Source: Massalongia carnosa (lineage: Eukaryota). Taken from it: a DNA stretch of 64,000 nt. The stretch lies in contig OZ287083.1 of the NCBI GenBank assembly GCA_965645245.1, positions 248,001 through 312,000 on the forward strand, read 5' to 3'. Numbering within the stretch: the first letter of the stretch is position 1; every line of letters begins with the position of its first letter. The position numbers were made by a program, and so were the translations under genes. A model generated the notes under the pieces. That model ran no database searches. It was not told where the DNA came from and saw only the letters and a list, made by a program, of their open reading frames with translations. Shown in pieces: positions 52,001 through 61,612 of the stretch.

Positions 52001-55000
52001 TATTGTCGAAGATGACGACACTATCAGGCAGATCATGCGAAGTGAAATCATGGCCAATTTTGAGACGAGGCCAAATCGGGCTACTGATACAACAGGGTAT
52101 GTGAGAACACTGTATCATCTCATACTACGGTCTCCTGCTATATTTGTCGAGGTCACCAACGAGAAGCTAGAGATACCTAAATACGATTCTACTCAACGAC
52201 CTCAGGTATTAGCGCTTCGGCAGGATGTTGAAAATAGTAGCGCCGTTCAGGCATCATCCAGCCGGGTAACCGGTCCAGTCACCGACGATTCGGATCAAAG
52301 CAAGGATGAGGAGAAGCTACCTGCTCTCGACGATGGAATAAAGCTATCTCAAAAGCCTAAGGCTGCCGAAGTTAAAGCGCCTGTGGTCGAACATCCTAGT
52401 GGAGTCATCCATTACCTCTTATATGAACTGCTTTCATACAAAGATGTCGAGGACAAAGAGCCTCCTTCCGCTGCTGGAGATTTCGCAACAGGGACTGCAA
52501 CAACGTTGGCACTGGAAACTGGCCTCAGCAATGGGTCCAGCAGCATAAGTTCCGCTCCTCCCGCATCCATCGAAGCTAATGACAGCAAGAAAACTGATAA
52601 GCCTGAATTCAAGGCCGAGCAACATCCCATTTACATTTATCGCTGTTTCATTCTCCAGTGTCTTGCTGAGCTTCTGCATAGTTATAATCGGACTAAGATT
52701 GAGTTTATCAACTTCTCCCGAAAATCAGATCCGAAAGCAGTAATCCCATCTAAGCCACGATCCGGAGTCTTGAATTATCTGTTGAATGAAGTGATCCCTA
52801 TCGGTACTCTCGTTCACGACGAATCTATCAGCTATCGGAAGAAGTCCAGCACGTCAAATTGGGCAATGTCCGCGATTGTGTCACTATGTCTACGGACCAA
52901 TGAGCAAGGCTATGAGAAGAAACGTGGCTCAATTGACGAGGATGATGAGGTCGACCTTTTGTTCGTGCGAAAATTCGTGCTTGAGCACGCTCTAAAAGCT
53001 TACAAGGATGCCAACACTTTAGAAGAATCACTAGACATCAAGTATGCCAGGCTACTCTCTATTGCGGACCTCTTTAACCGCATGTTATCTGGAAAACTCG
53101 TTCAAGGCACCACCACACAAGCGGCAGATATCGAGATAAGTCCTCAAAAGGCGCTTGCGAAACTCATGTTTGAAAAGAATTTTATCTCGGCCTTGACGGC
53201 GTCGATTGCAGATATCGACCTCAATTTCCCCGGCTCCAAACGTGCGGTCAAGTACATATTACGCCCCTTGAAACAACTTACATCCACCGCCATTGTCTTG
53301 AGCGAGAGCTCGAGCATTTCCGGTACGCCTGGTCAAACGGATGATGACGAGATTTCAACAGCTACGTCGGTGTCGGAAGAGGATGATGACCGAGAAGAAA
53401 CACCTGATTTATTCCGTAATTCCACGCTGGGAATGTTTGAACCGGGTCGAGAGGAGGAGTCGAGTTCAGATTCATCGGTAGGAGATGAAGAAATGTATGA
53501 TGAGGAATATGAGGATGAGGGAATGGAGTACCCTGAGGGGATGGAGCGCGATGAAGATGAAGTTATCAGTGATGAGGAAGAGATTGAAGGAGTAGGTCAC
53601 ATGGAAGGCATGCCTGGAGATACTGGTATGGATGTTGAGGTGGTCATCGATGGTGATAACGATGAGCCAAGTGACGATGACGATCAAGACGACTCTGATG
53701 AAATGGATGAAGATGATGAGGCGGAGGTCATTGATGAGATTACTGGAGATAGTGAAAATGATAGTCTAGGTGAAGGTGAGGAAGAATGGCAAGATGAAGA
53801 TGAAGATAGAGAGGATTATCCAGAGGAGGATGGCCTGGAGCATAATCTTACCCAGGACCAGCATGAGAATGCCGTGAGAGAAATGGTCCGAGAGTTTACG
53901 GGCGCAACAAATGCTCTTCAACGACTTGAAGGAACAGATCTAAACATGGATGTTGAAGCAGAAAATGATTATTTGGGGACTGCCATTCAAGATGATGACG
54001 ATGACGAAGGTAAGCCATGATTTGTTAGAAACCCTTCACTATCGGTTTACTGATCTGAATAGATGCAGAAGATGACGACGAAGAGGAAGCAGAGGACGAT
54101 GATGTTATGTATCAGCCTGGCTATGAAGGTATGTGATTATATGAACTCGGCTCAATTAAAGGTGTTGTTTCTAAATCAGTTTCAGATGAAGAGCAAGGAA
54201 TGTTACATGATCCACCTTGGGGTTGGGATATTGAAGAGGAGGAAGGAATGGCACTACCTCGCATTCATCATCATCATCATCACCACCATCACCCCCGCCG
54301 GATTCCAAGCCCATGGAGTATATTTCCTTCTGGTGGTCCCAGCGATCGAGGTATATCGCGTGAACTATTTCGTGATGGCTTGATCCCTGCTGATTTCATT
54401 GAAGCTCCTACATACCGTTCTCATCGACCCTCTGGGGTGCCCCGTACCACAGATGACGGCATAAACCCATTACTGCAGCGAGGGGATAGAGCTGCAGGTA
54501 ATCTAGGGTCTTTAAGAGCGGGACGTATAGGCTTATCGGAAGCTGCAGCCAGCATGAGCGACTATTGGGTGCATGGAATGGACTCTGGGCCTTCACGTGG
54601 TCTCATTCCCGCTGAGAGCCCGGTGTCGTTTGTCAACAATATTCTTGCTGCTATCGGTCAAGGCGGATCCGGCTTTGCCACCATGGGTGGTCCCAATGGT
54701 GCGTTGCACTTTCATGTCGGAGCAGGAGCCCGAGGTCTTATCCCTCGAGAACTTCAAGCAGTCCTGGGCCTCAGCCAACCCTTACAAGACCCTACTCGGA
54801 CAGCTCGAGATGAGCCCATGCAGCCTGTCTCATTTTTACCTGCGGCGACTTTCTTGCGATGGCAAGAAGAAGCTCGGATTCTGTTTGGCCCAAACGCTCA
54901 TACTGAGAAAGCTCCTCGCGTCGTGAACTCATTGCTCCGTATTCTTGTACCACCTGCAATGGAGCGAGAGAAGCAGCGCCAGGAAAAAGCAGCGAAAGAG

Positions 55001-58000
55001 GCTATAGAAGAGAAAGCAAGGCTCGAGGCGGAGAAGGTTGCTAAGATTGAAAAGCAAACTCGAGAAAATAAGGAGCAAGCTGAGCGTGAAGCTGCCGCCG
55101 CAGCCGCGGCTGCAGCAGAGGCTACAGCGTCTACTTCGGGAGGCGACGAGGGAATACAAGAAGGAATATCGGACGCTGAGGCTATGGAAGGCGTGGAAAC
55201 TACACATTCTGAGGGATCTTTGTCTTCCGCCGAAATTGCTGATGGTCCGGCCGTTGTGGAAGAGCCTGCAGCATCATCTTCGGAGCCTATAGATCGGGTG
55301 CGAACGACAATTCGAGGACGGGAGCTTGATATCACTGGAATGGGGGTTGACCTTGAATATCTCGACGCTCTACCTGAGGATTTGCGTGAAGAAGTTCTCA
55401 TGCACCAACTCGCATTGCAGCGGTCTCAAGCTGCTGCTGCAGGCGAGGAGCCAACCGACATTAGCCGTGAGTTCCTTGAAGCCCTTCCGCCGGACATTCG
55501 AGAAGAACTGCTGCAACAGGAAGCCCAAGACCGGCGTCGGAGAGAACGCGAGGAAGAACGAAGACGACGAGCTACCGCCAATGGCGGTGGTGCCTCTTCC
55601 CATGGTGAGGAAATGGACCCTGCTAGCTTCCTAGCTTCTCTAGACCCAACTTTGCGTCAAGCCGTGCTCATGGAACAGAATGAAGAGGTCTTGGCGCAGC
55701 TTCCTCAGGCAATTGCTGCTGAAGCTCGGGCTCTTGGAAATGACCGGATGATGGGGCGATTTGGAGATATGCCACGACTCAATCGTAATCGCATTGAACG
55801 TGAAGCTCGAAATCCTCAACAGGTTACCAAGAAACCTCCGCGCAAACAAATCGTTCAAATGCTAGACAAGGCTGGCGTCGCTACCTTGCTACGTCTTATG
55901 TTTATTCCCCAACAAGGAAGCTCTCGCCAATCGCTCAATGGCATTCTCCTTGATGTATCACAAAATCGTCAGAATCGAGCCGAGGTCGTTAGTTTATTGC
56001 TCTCAGTTCTTCAAGATGGGAGCGCAGATTTCAATGCGGTAGAGCGGAGTTTTGCACATCTCTCTCTCCGGGCCAAACCACCATCTGTTCAAAAATCACC
56101 TCAACCTCTCAAACGTGCCCTCACAGGCCAAGTGACACCCCCAAACAATACTGAGATGACTCCTTTGATGGTCATTCAGCAATGTCTGAGTGCTTTGGTT
56201 TCATTAACTCAGTACAATCCCCACATTCCTTCGTTCTTCCTCACCGAACACGAAGTTTCATCCGGATTCAAAGGTAAATCAAGCCGAAAGGGTAAAGGCA
56301 AAGAGACAAAAGCCTCACGATATGCTCTCAACGCCCTACTTAGTCTACTTGACCGAAAGCTCATCATGGAGAGCTCCAGCTGCATGGAACAGCTATCCAG
56401 CTTATTACAGAGCGTTACGCATCCTCTTACAATGCTCTTACGTAAAGAAAAAGAGAAGACAGAGGAACCTGGGCAAATCACGGAAGTCCCGTCTGACGCG
56501 GGCGGAGCAGATGCAACAGAAGCCGAAGCGGCGGACGCGGAGCCAAGCGTTATTACAGAAGATGATACTCCACCGCTAAATGAGGCCGTGCCGCCTGAGA
56601 CCGCCCAGGAAATGAATTCTGCAATGCCTGATGCCGCAACTGATGCCGCAACTGATGCCCCAACGGATACTCCCGGAGCAGAAGTTGGCGGCACAGACTC
56701 TGCAGCCAATGCGGGCTCAACCGATTCAGCTCCTAAGCAAGAACAGTCCAAAGAATCTAAGGAAGACAATAGCAAAAAGCAACGTCCGTTGACTCCCCCT
56801 GTTGTACCTGAAGAGAACCTACGACTTGTGGTCAATATCCTTGCAGCTCGTGAATGCAGTGCGAAGACATTCCGCGATACACTGTCAACAATCAATAACC
56901 TTTCGGCTATTCCAGAAGCCAAAGAAATCTTTGGCAAAGGGCTCATCGAACAAGCTCAGGACCTTGGACAATCTATCCTTGGTGACCTAGACGAGTTAGT
57001 GCCTCAGATACAACAAGCAGAATCTGGGGCAGATGTTCAAGGTATGGCGCTGACTAAGTTCTCTCCCTCATCGTCAGACCAGGCGAAGCTACTTCGTATC
57101 CTCACTGCGCTGGATTATCTTTTCGATCCCAAACGAAACGGTGGGAAGACCAAACCTGTTGTAGCTAGCAAGAATGGCATGGGCGAGGCTTCGCACTCCA
57201 AAGAAGACTTACTCACCTCGCTATATGAGAATTCAACTTTCGGTCCACTTTGGTCCAAGCTGAGTGAGTGCTTGAGCGTCATCCGACAAGGGGAAAGCAT
57301 GTTGAATGTTGCTTCAATCTTGCTGCCTCTGATTGAGGCACTCATGGTCGTCTGTAAGAACACTACGCTAAAAGACGCTCCTTTGATGAAGATTATCAAG
57401 GAGTTTGCGGTGACTAGTCCTCCGCCAGAGTCTCGGATGGAAAATCTCTTCTTCCGCTTTACCGAAGATCATCGGAAGATTCTTAATGACCTTGTACGAC
57501 AGAATCCAAAGCTTATGAGCGGAACGTTCTCCCTTCTAGTCAAGAACCCAAAGGTCTTGGAATTCGACAACAAGCGCAACTACTTTACCCGACGACTTCA
57601 CTCAAGGGGCACAGAGGCAAGACACCCACAGCCTCCATTACAACTATCCGTTCGTCGTGATCAAGTTTTTCTGGATTCCTTTAAGTTTTTGTCTTTCAAG
57701 ACTGGAGATGAGATCAAATACGGAAAATTGAGTATTCGATTCCATGGCGAGGAGGGAGTCGATGCCGGTGGTGTCACTCGTGAATGGTTCCAAGTCCTGT
57801 CAAGACAGATGTTCAACCCTGACTATGCCTTGTTTATCCCGGTTGCATCGGATCGCACCACGTTCCATCCGAACAAATTAAGCAAGATCAATGAAGAGCA
57901 TTTATTGTTCTTTAAGTTCATCGGGCGTATCATTGGTAAAGCGCTCTACGAAGGCCGAGCACTGGATTGCCATTTCAGCAGAGCCGTCTATAAACGTATT

Positions 58001-58822
58001 CTCGGGAAGACTGTGTCGATCAAGGATATGGAGACTTTGGACCTCGACTACTACAAGTCGCTGTTGTGGATGCTCGAGAATGATATTACCGAAATCATTA
58101 CCGAAACTTTTTCGGTCGAGACGGATGACTTTGGTGTCACGCAGGTTGTTGAACTAATCGAAAATGGCCGAAATATTCCGGTCACAGAGGAGAACAAGCA
58201 CGAGTATGTCCAACTAATTGTGGAATATCGGTTGACGGGGTCTGTACAAGCGCAGTTGGAGCAGTTCCTAAGAGGTACGGTTATATATTTCTCTAGTTTT
58301 CAGAGCATACTAAAACGTCTCATAGGGTTTCACGATGTTGTGCCTGCAGAACTGATATCCATATTCAACGAGCAAGAGCTAGAACTTTTAATCTCCGGTC
58401 TCCCAGATATCGACGTTGATGATTGGAAGAATAACACCGAATACCACAACTACTCAGCCTCATCATCGCAAATTCAATGGTTCTGGCGAGCTGTGCGCTC
58501 ATTTGACAAAGAAGAACGAGCCAAGCTTCTGCAGTTTGTTACCGGCACAAGCAAGGTGCCACTTAACGGCTTCAGCCAGCTTGAGGGGATGAACGGATTC
58601 AGCCGATTTAACATCCACCGTGATTACGGCAATAAAGATAGATTACCAAGCTCGCACACCTGCTTCAATCGTACGTATCCTATCTTCCTTTGCCTCTTCC
58701 AATCATCAGCTAACCCATTTCTCAAAGAACTTGATCTCCCCGAGTACGACAGTTATGAAACCCTCCGCCAACAAGTTTACACAGCCATGACCGCTGGCAG
58801 CGAATACTTCGGCTTTGCATAG
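46011..58822 (+). CDS. TOM1: HECT E3 ubiquitin ligase TOM1/HUWE1, multi-exon, about 4000 aa
   Basis: MGRIKK start, WPFPRGDLYHWI (DUF908), HNEPTSY (DUF913), acidic tract, LDALPEDLREEV UBM repeats, HECT EEGVDAGGVTREWF and LPSSHTCFN, end GFA*. Probable 5'UTR intron 45806-46009. Confidence 0.97.
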
Positions 58823-59399
58823 CGCATCGCACCGCCGCCTTTTTTCCCTTATCGTTGAAACCCTTCTTCATAAATAAGCGGCATATTGTGAAGGCGCCAG
58901 GTTAATCTCTCTCAGGCTCTGTCGGTCAATTTAGCGGGTGTAGGGGGGTAGGTTCTGATGACATTATCTCTTGTCCTTTTTCTGGCTAGCGTTGGCAACC
59001 ATTAAATGAGAAATCTGTCGATGCTAGTTTCGTTACGGGGATAAGTGAATTCGTAGCTCTTGTTCGCTTCAAAGAGACGGGTAGGTCACAGATGGGGGAA
59101 CCTTGGTTCTCTAACTTAATCAGTATGGTTCAGTTTCACGGTGGAGGGTGGACGAGATGGGCGGACGTGTAGGTCGGCCATATCAACCACCCTCCAATCT
59201 GTTTCACCAAAGCTAAATGAAAGCAAGTTGTTTCCCTGTCTACTAGCTTAACTCTGTTTATTCTTCTAACAAAAAGAAATAGCTGTGTACATAGCAGTTC
59301 ATAGCAATATTTCATGTAATAGAGGAACTTTTTTCTTCTTTCGATCCATTCTTCCTCTTCTATAAACTGGCCTAGGGAGAAGTGAGTTCATGGTGGCTT

Positions 59400-61020
59400 G
59401 TTATAACGAGACTTGAGGGACTGCTCCGTAGGCATCCGAAGAACGTAGGAGGTGGTAAGGTCTTATGTAAATGCATTTTCTCCCTCCGCATCGAGCATCC
59501 TTCCCCTCCCTCCCGATCAATCAGTAAAATAGGTAGTCTTTGTCCTCTAGAAAGTATATAAAACCCAACAAAAGCCCCTCCCAGAAACCCCAAACCTATC
59601 CTTCGAATCCGCTAAAATCCCCCGCATCCCCACCTGGGTTCCGAAGCGACAACCCCATGAACAGATGGATAAGTGGATAGATGGGCACTTTACGTACGAA
59701 CGTGTAAGAAAATGAAAAAGGGGGGGGGGGGGTTGTTCTACCAGCGGTTGGTGTTTCTCAAGGTGGGGGTAATAGAACCGAACGGAAAAGAGAGGGATAA
59801 GATAGAACGGAAGAAATAACGGAAGAAAAGAGAACAGAACATACCAGAAAGGAAAAGGAAAAAGCAAAGGGTGTGGGTAAGGGTAGGGTGAGGCATGTAT
59901 ATCCGTTGAACCGAAAACGGTAAGGAAAATTTCAAGACCTCTTACTCTACGAATTTCCTCGAATATTCCGGTTCCTTGTGCATATATCCTCTTGGGGTGG
60001 TTTTCTTGTCTTTTTAGTTTATTCTGGGGGGGTGTTCGAGGAAGGGGTTGGTTGTGGAAAGGGGGTGGGGGGGGGGGTTGAAAGGAAGGGATGGGGAGAA
60101 AGGAATGGAAGGTCGATGAATAGATGAAAGGGGAGATTTAATGAAAAGACAGGAAGAGGGGTTGGAATGGGAGATGTAGATTAAGAAAGAAAAAGGTATT
60201 TCAAAAGGCAAAATTACATAGTTAATGACAGACGACGATATTCGACTTTGGATATATGAAACCAGAGGCAGGGTTAGTAGACTCAAAATGGATGGCAGAG
60301 AGGATATGGGCAAGAAGAAGGAGAAAGAGGGGATGAGGACGATGGGAAATTGAGGGGCGAGAACGAGAAGGGAAAGGAAAAGAAAAAGGGGAAGGGAGTT
60401 GTAGGCTTGGAGAGGAGTTGTAACTGAGTGAGGAGAGATATTAGGGCGCGGTTTAAGAGAGTAGGTATTCAAACAATTGAATAATATATAGCTTTGTAGC
60501 CCCTATTTCTAGGAAGTTTTCGCCTCTTTCTTTCCCCGCCTGCCTTACGGAAATTACCTCCTCAAATAAGTACCTTCCCCGTTGTGTTCCAAGCGTGTAA
60601 GCTCCTCGTAACTGTAACATATAGATTTTCCCGTTCACGCACTCAGGTTTCACCGACAAGCGTTTATGATGACCGTAATCTCGCTACGCATATCCCTCTC
60701 GCTGGTGGTTAAGTACCCCTCACAAATAGTAGAGATATTTCGCATACAGTTTGAGCGGGTGGTCCCGATCATCAGCGAGAGGGATACAACGCGATATCGA
60801 GCATCCAGCTTACCCTACGAACGCTGCGCCTATTTCGGCAACGGATAGCGGGTTGGGACTCACGTTGGGGGGGGGAGGGGGTTTTATTCGTGGGTTGTGC
60901 TTAGGGATAGAATGCTGGATGTGAGAGGCCTAGAAGGTTGTCATCGATCCTGAGATGGGGGAACCGTTGAGCGTTTTAGAGGTGACGGGGGTAGATGAAG
61001 GCTGAGGCGGAGAGTAGAGG
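59400..61020 (-). ncRNA. Candidate large structured non-coding RNA(s), identity unknown
   Basis: No credible ORF. TATATAA at 61046-61040 on the minus strand. Nested long-range helices in 60520-61020 and 59400-60000. Confidence 0.45.
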
Positions 61021-61105
61021 TAGATGAGCCATCGTGGTGTTATATATCTCTAAGCACTAGGAATTTCATGGTGTTGTTGGACCACTCGTGAATTATCAGT
61101 CTAGG

Positions 61106-61427
61106 CTAGGAAGGTTGCTCTGGAGCGATGCTCTGGGTACTGGTATCCTCGCTGCTAATAGTTGCCTCTTGCTCAATCTGGTTCCTAGAGCTGCGTCTAA
61201 TTTTCTCGAGATAAGTATTAAAGCTGCGGGTTTCCGAAAATTTCCTTACAGCTCTTTTTGTGCTTTCTCCTTTTCCAGGTCCTTGAACGCGGGATTGAAG
61301 ATTGCAATGCCTAGGAGGAAAGATTAGCGTGTGCAACGGGAGCGGATATTAGAGTGGCACTCCCACCGCTTATGATTCCGACTGTGGTTGCTATGACCAG
61401 TGAGATAACTCCCCGTGCATTGCTCAT
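61106..61427 (-). CDS. 70-aa microprotein with a single N-terminal hydrophobic helix, 3 exons
   Basis: Exons 61427-61367, 61310-61250 and 61196-61106 with GT-AG introns give MSNARGVISLVIATTVGIISGIAIFNPAFKDLEKEKAQKELRSSRNQ...QPS*. Confidence 0.7.
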
Positions 61428-61532
61428 CTTTTTAAGTGCTTTGTCAATTCGTGGGAAGGTGACGTGAATATGCAAAGCGCAAGCGTTATCACGTGCAGAC
61501 GGGAAAGGAAATCAAAATCGCTAACCGATAAG

Positions 61533-61550
61533 ACGCGATTCTTGGCGCGT
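61533..61550. promoter_or_regulatory. Paired MCB-like (ACGCG) boxes
   Basis: ACGCGA and GCGCGT lie 60-80 bp upstream of a replication-repair gene. Confidence 0.5.
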
Positions 61551-61612
61551 CACTTCGCTTTATCGTACTACAGCGCCTGCTAAAACTCGCAACATCATGA
61601 TCGGTACCTCAG

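Noticed and set aside
9947..56946. Long antisense ORFs over real genes (e.g. 9947-10567, 21627-22187, 56209-56946)
   Set aside because: Shadow frames of GC-rich coding sequence with no recognisable motifs.
15186..58727. Apparent excess of stop-free 3n introns (RXT3, GPI protein, TSC13, dioxygenase, TOM1)
   Set aside because: The rough count is close to what short introns would give by chance; not convincing without a genome-wide tally.
59431..59495. Similarity to the 5.8S rRNA motif GCATCGATGAAGAACG
   Set aside because: Short and gapped, in the wrong order for an H/ACA pocket, with no other rDNA sequence nearby.
60014..60472. 152-aa minus-strand ORF
   Set aside because: Product of a polypyrimidine tract (L/S/P/F-rich) with a non-ATG start.
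60430..60520. snR30/U17 3' hairpin (UAUUC and AAACCG words)
   Set aside because: The m1-like word is misplaced relative to the lower stem, and the H and ACA boxes are not canonical.
60690..60790. Hammerhead ribozyme (minus-strand CUGAUGA ... GAAA inside a strong stem)
   Set aside because: GAAA does not directly follow stem II and there is no NUH cleavage triplet next to stem I.
59372..60863. TPP riboswitch or group I/II intron
   Set aside because: The conserved cores (TPP CUGAGA..CUUGAU, group I P7 R/S pair, group II domain V) were not found.
60490..60865. RNase MRP / RNase P RNA (AAUAGGGGCUAC resembles CR-V)
   Set aside because: No proper GAAAGUCCCC-type CR-I partner was found to form P4.
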